NCBI GenBank assembly: GCA_963632705.1
Contig: CAVGVB010000006.1
Span: 13,783 to 77,782, forward strand
Source of the DNA: a bacterium
GTDB lineage: Bacteria; Bacillota; Clostridia; Oscillospirales; Oscillospiraceae
Direction of reading: 5' to 3'
Length of the DNA: 64,000 nucleotides
Part shown: in pieces, positions 18,778-27,903 of the stretch
Layout: every line of letters starts with the position of its first letter
Numbering within the stretch: position 1 is the stretch's first letter
Translations under genes and position numbers: made by a program
Notes under the pieces: model-generated
Told to the model about the DNA's origin: nothing
The model's input: only the letters and a program-made list of their open reading frames with translations
Databases searched by the model: none

Positions 18778-21700
18778 TTGAACCATAAGCCTGTCGGCGG
18801 CAGCTTCACCGTGACCATCGAAAAGCAGAAGGTGGGCATCCGGACGCCCGATATGCCCGCCAGAGTCTACGACGGCACGACGGATGCCGCGCTGACCGAG
18901 CTGAAGTTCTATGACGCCGCTGTGGGCATGGACGCGCTGGTGGCGCTGGACAAGGCGGACTATACCATCTCCAACGTGCACTTCGAGACCCCGGACGTGG
19001 GTACGCAGAAGCGGCTGATCTTCACGGTGACGATCAACAGCGGCAACTATATTCTGCAGCTTCTCAGCGGCAAACTGGTGACGGAGGAGACTTACGAGGT
19101 CTCCAACAACACGCCGGGACAGTACACCATCACCCCGGCGGCGCTGACGGATGTGCAGGCCAGCGCGGAAACACTGACCTACAACGGCAAGGCGCAGACC
19201 GCCAACGTGACCGTGACGGCAAAGACCGTGGACAATACCGGCGTGACAGTGACGTACAGCGCGGCGCAGAACGGCGAGTACGGCGCAGATGTGCCGGCGT
19301 TCACCGGCGCGGGCGACCACACGGTGTATTACAAGGTTTCCGCCAAGAACCACGAGGACGCCTATGGCAGCGTGACCGTGGTCATCGACCCGCTGTCCAT
19401 CACGAACGCGGAGGTGGAGCTGGGCGAGAGCCTGACCTACAATGGCAAGGAGCAGACCCAGACCATCGCGTCCGTCAAGGTGGGCGATGTGGAGGTGACC
19501 GGCTACACCGTGAAGAACAACACCGGCAGGGCGGCCGGGGACTACACCCTGACCATCACCGCCGGGAACAGCAACTTCACCGGCTCGGTGGAGAAGGAAT
19601 TCACCATTGGGCAGCTGAACATCGGCAATGCGGTGATCACGCTGGGCGAGAGCCTGACGTACACCGGACTGCCCCAGACCCAGACCATCGCCTCCGTGAA
19701 GGTGGGCGAGCTGACGGTGGACACCTATGATGTGGCCGACGCTCAGCAGATCAATGCCGGGACGTACACCCTGACTGTTACCGGTACGGGGAACTTTACC
19801 GGCACGGCGGAGAAGAAATTCACCATTGCGCCCAAGACCATTCTGGACGGCGACGTGCAGGTGGACAGCCGGGTGCTGACGTACACCGGCAAGGCACAGA
19901 CGCCGCAGGTGTCCGTGACCGGACTGGTCCGGGATAAGGACTACACCGTGGCGTATGAGAACAACGTCAACGCCGGAACGGGCAAGCTGACTGTTACGGG
20001 TCAGGGCAACTACGACGGCAAGGTGGAAAAGACCTTCGCCATCGGCAAGGCATCCCTGACGGTGACGGCAGAGGACAAGAGCGTGGTGTACGGCAAGGAC
20101 GCACCGGAGTTCACCGCAGCCTACAGCGGCTTCGTCAACGGCGAGGACGCGGCGGTGCTGGGCGGTGCGCTGGCCTTCGAGTGCAGCTACACCAAGGGCA
20201 GCCCGGTGACGGAGTTCGGCTACGCCATCACGGTCAAGGGCCTGACCTCCGGGAACTATGACATCACCTTCGTGGGCGGCACGCTGCGCGTGGTTCGCGC
20301 AGAGGGTCAGGTGACGGTGGCGGCGCTGGACGCCAAGACCTACGGCGATGCACCGTTTGCACTGGACGTGGACACCCACGGCAGCGACGGCGCGGTGACG
20401 TTCGAGAGCAGCGATACCAATGTGATCACGGTGGACGACGCGGGCGTCGTGACCATCGTGAACGCGGGCAGCGCGGTGATCTCCGCGAAGCTGGCCCGGG
20501 GCAGCAACTATGTGGCGGCCCAGACAGCGGTGACGGTGACGGTGCAGCCCAAGACGCTGACCACCGGCGACGTGACGAGACCCGCCAACGTGACCTTCAA
20601 CGGCCAGCCCCAGCAGTGGCAGCCGGTGGTGACGGACGGCGAGAAGACACTGGCGGAGAACGTGGATTACACGGTGTCCTACGACAAGGACGACTTCACC
20701 AATGTTACCGGCCCGATCACCGTGACGGTGACGGGTATGGGCAACTACACCGGTGCGGTGGCCCGGAGCTACAAGGTGACACCCAAGGCTATTCTGGACG
20801 GCGACGTGCAGGTGGATGGCCGGGTGCTGACGTACACCGGCAAGGCGCAGACGCCGCAGGTGACTGTGACCGGACTGGTCCGGGATAAGGACTACACCGT
20901 GGCGTACGAGAACAACGTCAACGCCGGAACGGGCAAGCTGACTGTTACGGGTCAGGGCAACTACGACGGCAAGGTGGAAAAGACCTTCGCCATCGGCAAG
21001 GCATCCCTGACGGTGACGGCAGAGGACAAGAGCGTGGTGTACGGCAAGGACGCACCGGAGTTCACCGCAGCCTACAGCGGCTTCGTCAACGGCGAGGACG
21101 CGGCGGTGCTGGGCGGTGCGCTGGCCTTCGAGTGCAGCTACACCAAGGGCAGCCCGGTGACGGAGTTCGGCTACGCCATCACGGTCAAGGGCCTGACCTC
21201 CGGGAACTATGACATCACCTTCGTGGGCGGCACGCTGCGCGTGGTTCGCGCAGAGGGTCAGGTGACGGTGGCGGCGCTGGACGCCAAGACCTACGGCGAT
21301 GCACCGTTTGCACTGGACGTGGACACCCACGGCAGCGACGGCGCGGTGACGTTCGAGAGCAGCGATACCAATGTGATCACGGTGGACGACGCGGGCGTCG
21401 TGACCATCGTGAACGCGGGCAGCGCAGTGATCTCCGTGAAGCTGGCCCGGGGCAGCAACTATGTGGCGGCCCAGACCACTGTGGAGATAGCCGTGGCCCG
21501 GAAGGATATCGCAGACGCGGAGATCGAGCTGGGTGAGGGGCTGACGTATAACGGCAGCCAGCAGACCCAGACCGTGACCTCCGTTACGGCGGACGGCCTG
21601 GACGTGACGTACACCGTCAGCGGTGAGAAGCGGACCGACGCCGGGACGTATACCCTGACCGTTACCGGTACGGGGAACTTCACCGGTACGGCCGACAAGG

Positions 21701-23442
21701 AATTTACCATCGCCCGGAAGGACATTGCGGGCGCGGAGATCGAGCTGGGCGAGAGCCTGACGTACAACGGCGGTGAGCAGAGCCAGACCATCAGTTCCGT
21801 TACGGCGGGCGGCCTGGTGCTGGGCAGCGGCGACTACACGGCGGCGATCCGCAGCGCGGTGTCCGTGGGCGTGTATCCGCTGACCGTTACGGGTCAGGGC
21901 AACTTCACCGGCACGGCCAAGGGCACGTTTGCCATCGTCAAGGCGGCAGCGCCCGCGGTGAACGTCCGGCTGGATGTGACCAACGGCTATGCCGCGGCGT
22001 ATACGGTGGATCTGCGGGCGGCGCTGGATCAGGCGCTGCCGGCGGGCAGCAGCTTCGGCACGCTGCGCTATGGCGCTGTCAGCTTCGCGGACGGCATGGG
22101 CTACTGCGACGCGGCTGAGACGGCTGTCTCCGCCAACGGTGTGCTGACGCTGCCGGTCAAGGCGGTGGACACCGGCGCGGAGGGCCAGGCGGCCACGGTG
22201 ACTGTGACGGTCAGCTCCGGCAACTTCGAGGATATGGCGGTGACGGTGACGCTGTATGCGGTGAATAAGACCGTGCCCAGCGGCAAGCCCAATCCCAGCC
22301 ATACCAGACTGAACTACGGCGAGGCGCTGAACAGCGTGACGCTGAGCGGCAATATGTGGGACGACGGAAAGTTCGTTCCCGGCACGTTTGCGTGGAAAGA
22401 GCCGAACCTGCGCCCGGCGGTGGGCAGCTATGCGGCGGAGTGGGTGTTTACCCCCGCCAGCGGCAAGTATGCCGCGGTCACCGGGACGATCGAGCTGACG
22501 GTGATCCGGCCGGTAGAGCCGACGTACACCGTGGGCGGCATCGTGAAGGCGTACAGCATCACCGGCAGCGGCAGTGAGACGCTGATCAGCGGCGCGGTGG
22601 TGACCATCCGCAAGGGCCTGGATATTCTGGGCGGGCAGAAGCTCACCGATGAGAACGGCGTGTTCAGCCTGGAGGGCGTGATCGCCGGCGTCTACAACGT
22701 GGTGGTGGAGTACAACGGCAAGACCGTGACCCAGAAGGTGGAGATCACCGACCACAACGTGGACGGCCTGGTGGTAGCCGTCCCGCAGGAGGACGTGAAC
22801 AGCCAGCTGGACATCAAGAGCAGCGGCGGCGTGACCGACGAGGCCGTCGTGGGCGGCCTGGACAAGGAGGCCGGCGAGCAGTTCAAGGATGAAGGCGGCA
22901 CTGATCCCAGCGGCGGCTCTGTGTCTGTGAAGATGGAGCTGGAGGAGAAGCCGGAGGACAAGAACGACGCGGCGCAGAACGCCATCCGTGAGATCCTCAA
23001 GGACAAGATGACGGACTTCATCGATATGAGCCTGACGCTGGTGCAGAACGGCGTGAAGAAGGACCTGACGGAGACGAAGGGCGTGCTGGAGATCATCATT
23101 CCCTACGACACCAGCCGGAGCGGCATCACGGTGGTGCGGCATCACGGCGATGCGGTGGAGGCGTTTGAGCAGTTGAGCGAGCTCTCCGGCGGTCGGGACA
23201 TGACCTTCTATGTGGACACGGAGAACCGGTGCATCCACATCTTCGCCAGCAAGTTCTCCACCTATGCCATCAGCAGCGAGACGCAGAACGGCGGCTCGGG
23301 CAGCTCCGGCGGCTCGGTGGTGACCGGAGGGAACAGTTCCCCGGCTACCGGCGACGTGGGCCTGCTGCCCTACGCGGCGCTGGCGCTGAGCGGATGCACG
23401 GGTATCGTGCTGACGTTCCGGCGCAAGCGTAAGGATGACTGA
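18778..23442 (+). CDS. giant surface repeat protein, fragment C (Ig-like/MBG-like repeats and cell-wall sorting signal)
   Basis: 1554 aa in the same frame as fragment B. The C-terminus is SPATG (23338-23352), then a hydrophobic helix, then RRKRKDD. This fits an (S/P)PxTG sortase signal. Confidence 0.8.
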   Translation: MNHKPVGGSFTVTIEKQKVGIRTPDMPARVYDGTTDAALTELKFYDAAVGMDALVALDKADYTISNVHFETPDVGTQKRLIFTVTINSGNYILQLLSGKLVTEETYEVSNNTPGQYTITPAALTDVQASAETLTYNGKAQTANVTVTAKTVDNTGVTVTYSAAQNGEYGADVPAFTGAGDHTVYYKVSAKNHEDAYGSVTVVIDPLSITNAEVELGESLTYNGKEQTQTIASVKVGDVEVTGYTVKNNTGRAAGDYTLTITAGNSNFTGSVEKEFTIGQLNIGNAVITLGESLTYTGLPQTQTIASVKVGELTVDTYDVADAQQINAGTYTLTVTGTGNFTGTAEKKFTIAPKTILDGDVQVDSRVLTYTGKAQTPQVSVTGLVRDKDYTVAYENNVNAGTGKLTVTGQGNYDGKVEKTFAIGKASLTVTAEDKSVVYGKDAPEFTAAYSGFVNGEDAAVLGGALAFECSYTKGSPVTEFGYAITVKGLTSGNYDITFVGGTLRVVRAEGQVTVAALDAKTYGDAPFALDVDTHGSDGAVTFESSDTNVITVDDAGVVTIVNAGSAVISAKLARGSNYVAAQTAVTVTVQPKTLTTGDVTRPANVTFNGQPQQWQPVVTDGEKTLAENVDYTVSYDKDDFTNVTGPITVTVTGMGNYTGAVARSYKVTPKAILDGDVQVDGRVLTYTGKAQTPQVTVTGLVRDKDYTVAYENNVNAGTGKLTVTGQGNYDGKVEKTFAIGKASLTVTAEDKSVVYGKDAPEFTAAYSGFVNGEDAAVLGGALAFECSYTKGSPVTEFGYAITVKGLTSGNYDITFVGGTLRVVRAEGQVTVAALDAKTYGDAPFALDVDTHGSDGAVTFESSDTNVITVDDAGVVTIVNAGSAVISVKLARGSNYVAAQTTVEIAVARKDIADAEIELGEGLTYNGSQQTQTVTSVTADGLDVTYTVSGEKRTDAGTYTLTVTGTGNFTGTADKEFTIARKDIAGAEIELGESLTYNGGEQSQTISSVTAGGLVLGSGDYTAAIRSAVSVGVYPLTVTGQGNFTGTAKGTFAIVKAAAPAVNVRLDVTNGYAAAYTVDLRAALDQALPAGSSFGTLRYGAVSFADGMGYCDAAETAVSANGVLTLPVKAVDTGAEGQAATVTVTVSSGNFEDMAVTVTLYAVNKTVPSGKPNPSHTRLNYGEALNSVTLSGNMWDDGKFVPGTFAWKEPNLRPAVGSYAAEWVFTPASGKYAAVTGTIELTVIRPVEPTYTVGGIVKAYSITGSGSETLISGAVVTIRKGLDILGGQKLTDENGVFSLEGVIAGVYNVVVEYNGKTVTQKVEITDHNVDGLVVAVPQEDVNSQLDIKSSGGVTDEAVVGGLDKEAGEQFKDEGGTDPSGGSVSVKMELEEKPEDKNDAAQNAIREILKDKMTDFIDMSLTLVQNGVKKDLTETKGVLEIIIPYDTSRSGITVVRHHGDAVEAFEQLSELSGGRDMTFYVDTENRCIHIFASKFSTYAISSETQNGGSGSSGGSVVTGGNSSPATGDVGLLPYAALALSGCTGIVLTFRRKRKDD
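19831..20525 (+). repeat. 695-bp internal duplication, copy 1
   Basis: About 99% identical at nucleotide level to 20782-21476 (offset 951 bp). It encodes KTILDGDVQVD...SNYVAAQT. Confidence 0.95.
20782..21476 (+). repeat. 695-bp internal duplication, copy 2
   Basis: See copy 1. Only a handful of substitutions separate the two copies. Confidence 0.95.
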
Positions 23443-23464
23443 GCCGACGCGGACAGACAAAAAA

Positions 23465-23492
23465 GGAGCACCCGAAAGCGTGCTTCTTTTTT
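23465..23492 (+). terminator. intrinsic terminator after the giant gene
   Basis: ggagcac-ccgaaagc-gtgcttc followed by tttttt. Confidence 0.6.
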
Positions 23493-23583
23493 GCGTCTTG
23501 TGGGCCTGCGAGGGATGCACCTGCGGCGGGGCTGGGGCATATTATGGAACGATGGCCTGCGATCATGAAAAGGGGAGATATCT

Positions 23584-24876
23584 ATGAATTACAGCGGCGG
23601 AGCTTGCAGGGGAAACAACTATTATCAGACGGATGCCTGCGGGGCATACGTGGCCGTGCAAGGGCCGATGGGCCCGATGGGGCCGGAAGGGCCGAGGGGT
23701 GAACAGGGCGTTCGAGGTGAGCAAGGGCCAGTCGGTCCGCGGGGCGTCAGGGGCGAGCAGGGCTGTCCGGGCCCGGTGGGACCGCGCGGCCCGGTAGGCC
23801 CGATGGGACCGCGAGGGCCGCAGGGTGTGCGGGGCGACGCCGGACCAAAAGGAGATCCCGGCAGTATGGGTATTCAGGGTGTACGGGGCGACCCCGGGCC
23901 TGTTGGGCCAAAAGGCGACCGTGGGCCTGCCGGGCCGAAGGGAGACCCCGGGCCGCAGGGCCCGGCCGGACCAAGGGGCGAGCGCGGTGAGCAGGGAGAG
24001 CGCGGCCCGGTCGGCGAGCAAGGGCCTATCGGTGAGCAGGGACTTCAGGGAGAGATAGGCCCGCAGGGCGTTCAGGGAGACCGGGGATGCCCCGGCCCGC
24101 AGGGGGAGCAGGGCGTACAGGGTCCGCAGGGTGAAAAAGGAGACCCCGGAGAAAAGGGGGAGCAGGGCATCCAAGGACCGAAGGGCGACACAGGCGAGCA
24201 AGGCCCGCAGGGTGAAAAGGGCGAACCCGGGGAGAAGGGGGAGCAGGGTATCCAAGGACTGAAGGGCAACACAGGCGAGCAAGGCCCGCAGGGTGAAAAG
24301 GGCGAACCCGGAGAAAAGGGAGAGCAGGGTATCCAAGGACCGAAGGGCGAGGATGGCGAGACACCGGTCGTCACCGTTGCGGAGGATACGCCCTTAAGCT
24401 ACCGGCTGCGCATTGTGACAGGAGAACAGGAACTGACCACACCGAACCTGATCCCGCCGGTCATCGAATACCACGCCGATCTGTCCGCGGTCAACAGTGC
24501 GCTGAACATACCGCTGAAGGACCTGACGCTGACGTATCAGACCACGTCCGCCAGCGCGCTGCGCATTACCGCCGCGCCGAGGGACACCGCCGTGCCGGTC
24601 CTTGTGGATATGCGCCGGACATCTATCTACAACAGCAGTACGGTGGAGACACAGACGCTGAACAATACCACTATTTCGAGCCGCACGGTATTGGACGAGA
24701 TCGTTTACACCCTGTCACAGGAGACGCACTGCATGGTGATCCGCCAGCAAGATCCCGCCACGAAGCTCTGGTCACTGTGTGAGATACACTCATTCCTGTC
24801 GGCGGGAGGTGCGCGGGTGTCTGTCCGCGTTCAATGGAGCGAGTACAACGTGAGCTACGAAGTGCCGACGGTATAA
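23584..24876 (+). CDS. collagen-like (G-X-Y repeat) protein, BclA-like architecture
   Basis: 430 aa. A short N-terminus without a signal peptide, about 80 uninterrupted GXY triplets ([16 protein letters not shown]...) and a C-terminal globular domain of about 170 aa. RBS aaaggggaga. Confidence 0.9.
   Translation: MNYSGGACRGNNYYQTDACGAYVAVQGPMGPMGPEGPRGEQGVRGEQGPVGPRGVRGEQGCPGPVGPRGPVGPMGPRGPQGVRGDAGPKGDPGSMGIQGVRGDPGPVGPKGDRGPAGPKGDPGPQGPAGPRGERGEQGERGPVGEQGPIGEQGLQGEIGPQGVQGDRGCPGPQGEQGVQGPQGEKGDPGEKGEQGIQGPKGDTGEQGPQGEKGEPGEKGEQGIQGLKGNTGEQGPQGEKGEPGEKGEQGIQGPKGEDGETPVVTVAEDTPLSYRLRIVTGEQELTTPNLIPPVIEYHADLSAVNSALNIPLKDLTLTYQTTSASALRITAAPRDTAVPVLVDMRRTSIYNSSTVETQTLNNTTISSRTVLDEIVYTLSQETHCMVIRQQDPATKLWSLCEIHSFLSAGGARVSVRVQWSEYNVSYEVPTV
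24121..24350 (+). repeat. 81-bp tandem repeat inside the collagen region
   Basis: The units at 24160-24240 and 24241-24321 are nearly identical ([27 protein letters not shown]), with partial units on both sides. Confidence 0.85.
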
Positions 24877-24905
24877 AAGCATCCCCCTGCCGCAGGCAGG
24901 GGGAT
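24875..24905. terminator. terminator hairpin, left copy of a perfect 31-bp direct repeat
   Basis: aaaagcatccccctgccgcaggcagggggat, identical to 25081-25111. The stem is catccccctgcc/ggcagggggatg. Confidence 0.8.
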
Positions 24906-25080
24906 ACTTTTCAGCGTGTCGATAAACCCACTCTGTCATTCCGAGGAGCGAAGCGACGTGGGAATCCGTAATCTCTTAGCTGCAGATCTGCGGGAAAACG
25001 CGAGAATTTTGCATTTTGGAAACGGATTGCCACGCCAGTCTGTGGACTGGCTCGCAATGACAGGCTTTTTCGACAGTCTC
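24906..25080. mobile_element. 175-bp palindromic MITE/REP-like element
   Basis: Terminal inverted modules ctgtcattccgaggagcgaagcgacgtgggaatccgt (24933-24969) and acggattgccacgcc...ctcgcaatgacag (25022-25063). The outer arms are also inverted (gtgtcgataaa / tttttcgacag). There is no ORF, and the element is flanked by the 31-bp direct repeat. Confidence 0.65.
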
Positions 25081-25111
25081 AAAAGCATCCCCCTGCCGCA
25101 GGCAGGGGGAT
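25081..25111. terminator. terminator hairpin, right copy of the 31-bp direct repeat
   Basis: Identical to 24875-24905. It lies 12 nt downstream of the stop of the convergent methyltransferase gene. Confidence 0.8.
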
Positions 25112-25123
25112 GTTCCTTTCGGT

Positions 25124-25840
25124 TTACTTCTTTCGGAGCACGATGGCGATGAAGTTCAGGTACTTGCCGCCGCCGGCCTCCATGGCCTTGCGGTCGCCCA
25201 CGGCGTACTCGTTGTCCTGGGCCAGCCAGTCGGCCCAGACCTCCTCGTTGCTCTCCATCTCCCGGACGGAGAGTACCTCCGCGCCTCTGCATTGAGACAC
25301 CATGCGCGTCCAGTAGGCCACATCGTGCATATAGTCCAGCTGCTCCGGCGTCCAGGACAGGAGCAGCTCCGGGGGCAGGTGGTCGTGGCAGTCGTGCTTC
25401 ATGCCGGGGATGGCGATGTAGAGGTATCCGCCGGGCTTGACGAAAGGCAGGAGCTTGTCGTCCAGATACCGTTCGTCACGGCCGAAGTAGTTGTAGGAAT
25501 CGGTGCTGACCACCGCGTCGAAGAAATCCTTCTCAAAGGGCAGGGCGGCGGCATCCGCCTTGACGGGGATGAGCTGATGGGGATCGATGCCCATGGTGTC
25601 AAAGAAGGCGCGGTTCTCCGCCGGGTCGCTCCACAGATCGGCGGCGTAGACGGTGAAGCCGTATTCCTTGGCCAAAAACACGCTGGTCAGGCCTTGCCCG
25701 CTGCCCAGGTCGCAGACCACGGCGTGGTCCGGGATCTGGTGGCCCAGCAGCAGCTCCTCCTCCAGCTTGATGGGGTTGGGGCCCATGATCTTCGACCGCA
25801 GGTCGGGGGTGTCGTATTTTTTGCTTTTCTCGTAGTACAT
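25124..25840 (-). CDS. class I SAM-dependent methyltransferase
   Basis: 238 aa with SAM motif I (VCDLGSGQGLTSVFLAKEYG). The start is coupled to the upstream small ORF. Confidence 0.85.
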   Translation of the reverse strand: MYYEKSKKYDTPDLRSKIMGPNPIKLEEELLLGHQIPDHAVVCDLGSGQGLTSVFLAKEYGFTVYAADLWSDPAENRAFFDTMGIDPHQLIPVKADAAALPFEKDFFDAVVSTDSYNYFGRDERYLDDKLLPFVKPGGYLYIAIPGMKHDCHDHLPPELLLSWTPEQLDYMHDVAYWTRMVSQCRGAEVLSVREMESNEEVWADWLAQDNEYAVGDRKAMEAGGGKYLNFIAIVLRKK

Positions 25841-25841
25841 A

Positions 25842-26060
25842 TTACCATTCCTCTCTTCTATAGGATGATCTGTTGATCTTGGCGATGGCCTTGAATTTCC
25901 GGCGTTTCTCCGCCATATAGGGGCTGTTGTCCTCCGTGCAGCGGTTTTCGGCGTGTAGCTTCTGGAAGGAGGACCAGCGCTCCGGGGACAGTGTGCCGCC
26001 CGCCAGCGCGGCGAATGGGCCGGTAAGGCCGTAGTCGGCCATGTGTATTGCGGTCATCAT
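25842..26060 (-). CDS. small hypothetical protein (72 aa)
   Basis: The ATG directly abuts the TetR stop, and its own stop lies 1 nt before the methyltransferase ATG. This translational coupling supports a real gene. Confidence 0.5.
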   Translation of the reverse strand: MMTAIHMADYGLTGPFAALAGGTLSPERWSSFQKLHAENRCTEDNSPYMAEKRRKFKAIAKINRSSYRREEW

Positions 26061-26681
26061 TCATGCACCTTCTGCGGCGTTGTGCTGCAAAAAGCGGTCC
26101 ATATGGTGCTCCAGCAGGGCCAGCTGCTGCGCGCGGTCGTGCGTCTGGTCGGATATGGTGATCAGCAGAAACAGCGGCGCATAGTATTCCAGCGCCAGCT
26201 GCTGCGGGTCGGCCTGCCGCAGGATGCCCCGGGACATCATCTCCCGGAAAATGTCCGCCATGTAGGCCACCGGGCCGGCGGTGATGCAGCTGCGGTACAG
26301 CTCCGCCATTTCCGCGCTGCGGTACTGCTCCAGCGTCAGCATCCGGCGGAAATCGCGGGCAAAGGCGTCCTCTGTCCAGAAGCGGTACTGGGCCGCGGTG
26401 AAGGATCTGACGGCGGCCCAGGCCACATCGCCGTAAGCGGCGGCGTTGGCCGCGTATGTCTCCGCAGGCATTTCGTGCCGCTGTGAGCGCGCCGCGTCGA
26501 TCTCGTACATACGGGCCACGATGCTGTCAAAAATGGCGCGCTTGCTCTCATAGTGGCGGTACAGTGCGCCCTTGGTCATGCCGAGCTTACCGGCGATCAT
26601 GCTCACGGAAACGGCTTCATAGCCGTCCCGGGCGAACAGGCGGAGGGCTGTCATCAGGATGTTTTCTTTTGTGTCTGTCAT
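26061..26681 (-). CDS. TetR/AcrR-family transcriptional regulator
   Basis: HTH region ILMTALRLFARDGYEAVSVSMIAGKLGMTKGALYRHY. The ATG at 26681 sits behind GAGAGG. Confidence 0.9.
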   Translation of the reverse strand: MTDTKENILMTALRLFARDGYEAVSVSMIAGKLGMTKGALYRHYESKRAIFDSIVARMYEIDAARSQRHEMPAETYAANAAAYGDVAWAAVRSFTAAQYRFWTEDAFARDFRRMLTLEQYRSAEMAELYRSCITAGPVAYMADIFREMMSRGILRQADPQQLALEYYAPLFLLITISDQTHDRAQQLALLEHHMDRFLQHNAAEGA

Positions 26682-26694
26682 ATGCACCTCTCAC

Positions 26695-26752
26695 AGTAAA
26701 CGACCGTTTACGTTCTTGAGCCTATTATAGTAAACGTTCGTTCACTTGTCAA
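26695..26752 (-). promoter_or_regulatory. consensus promoter with two TetR-type palindromic operators
   Basis: On the minus strand: TTGACA (26752-26747), 17 bp, TATAAT (26729-26724). The palindromes are GTAAACGACCGTTTAC (26696-26711) and GTAAACGTTCGTTCAC (26729-26745). Confidence 0.6.
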
Positions 26753-26803
26753 GGGGGTGAGAAAATTTACAGGCGGATATTGCATGAGGGGCGAAAGAGT
26801 GTC

Positions 26804-26832
26804 TTGACAAGCTGCCGATGGACAATTACAAT
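26804..26832 (+). promoter_or_regulatory. divergent sigma-A-type promoter
   Basis: TTGACA (26804-26809), 17 bp, TACAAT (26827-26832). Confidence 0.5.
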
Positions 26833-26933
26833 AGCAGGTGCTGAAAAGGCCAGACGCTATGACGCAGTGCTGATCGCAGAGTCGATCGTGCGCTGCGTTT
26901 TGCTTTTTGGGATGGTATAGGAGGGATCGATCT

Positions 26934-27098
26934 GTGAAACGGACTTTACTGCAAAAACTGGGGTTATCCGGTGTCGTCAGCTTTCTTTCGTATACGGCGG
27001 CGGTGGTGTTCGCGCCGCTGGCGTATCCGGGCTTCAATGCGGCGATGGGACTTCATCTGTTCTGCGGAAAGAACGATGCACAGGGGTGTGCGGAATGA
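26934..27098 (+). pseudogene. truncated N-terminal fragment of a DUF998-like membrane protein
   Basis: AGGAGG, 9 nt, then GTG. VKRTLLQKLGLSGVVSFLSYTAAVVFAPLAYPGF matches the N-terminus of that family as I recall it, and then diverges to a stop after 54 codons. Confidence 0.3.
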
Positions 27099-27149
27099 AG
27101 CCGGTTGTTATTGATCCCAAGGCCACGGCCAATGTGGAGGTGTATACTT

Positions 27150-27821
27150 ATGAAACAGACGATCTTGATCATTGATGATGACGCCGCCATCGGCGATCTG
27201 GAGCAGGAGGTGCTGGCGCAGGCGGGGTATGACGTGCTGCGGGCCTATTCCGGGACGGAGGCGCTGCTGCTTTTGAAGGACTGCCGCCCTGACCTCGTCC
27301 TGCTGGATCTGATGCTGCCCGGCCTCAGCGGCGAGGAGGTCCTGCCGCAGATACAGGGCATCCCTGTGATCGTGGTCAGCGCCAAGGCGGCGGTGCAGGA
27401 CAAGGTCGGCCTTCTGCTGGGCGGTGCGGCGGACTATCTCACCAAGCCCTTCGACACAAAAGAGCTGCTGGCCCGCGTGGCCGTGCGGCTGCGGGAGGCA
27501 TCGCGTTCCCCGCTGGCGGCGGTCTGCACCTGCGGCGACCTGACGTTGGACACGGCCTCCCACGAGGTCCGCGCCGACGGCGTACCGGTGCAGCTGACCC
27601 GGACGGAATACGCCATTCTGAAGCTGCTGATGCAGAACCCCGGTCAGGTGCTGGCGAAGTCGGTGCTGCTGGACCGCATCAGCGCGGATACGCCGGACTG
27701 CACGGAGAATTCGCTGAAGACCCACGTCAGCAACCTTCGCGGCAAGCTGCGGGCCGCGGCAGGCCGCGACTATGTGGAGGCGGTCTGGGGCATCGGCTTC
27801 CGGCTGGCGGCAGGATCTTGA
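27150..27821 (+). CDS. OmpR-family response regulator
   Basis: GGAGG, then the ATG at 27150. MKQTILIIDDD...LVLLDLMLPGLSG, followed by a winged-helix C-terminus. Confidence 0.9.
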   Translation: MKQTILIIDDDAAIGDLEQEVLAQAGYDVLRAYSGTEALLLLKDCRPDLVLLDLMLPGLSGEEVLPQIQGIPVIVVSAKAAVQDKVGLLLGGAADYLTKPFDTKELLARVAVRLREASRSPLAAVCTCGDLTLDTASHEVRADGVPVQLTRTEYAILKLLMQNPGQVLAKSVLLDRISADTPDCTENSLKTHVSNLRGKLRAAAGRDYVEAVWGIGFRLAAGS

Positions 27822-27903
27822 CCATTTCTGGAGGGTTTTCTTGACCGCTTTCTTGACCTTTGCCTGATAGCATACGGTCGATCAAGCAAAGGAGGTAGTT
27901 CAA

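Noticed and set aside
9229-23520. Very long minus-strand ORFs (9229-13044, 13054-14370, 14767-16110, 16177-23520; up to 2447 aa) antisense to the giant surface-protein gene
   Set aside because: These are shadow ORFs, as expected in GC-rich repetitive DNA. Their translations are Arg/His/Ala/Gly-rich low-complexity sequence without motifs. The plus strand, by contrast, has a signal peptide, coherent domain repeats and a sorting signal.
23563-24374. Minus-strand ORFs antisense to the collagen-like gene
   Set aside because: The antisense of GXY-coding DNA is automatically open and Pro/Ser/Leu-rich. The sense strand has the RBS and a perfect Gly periodicity.
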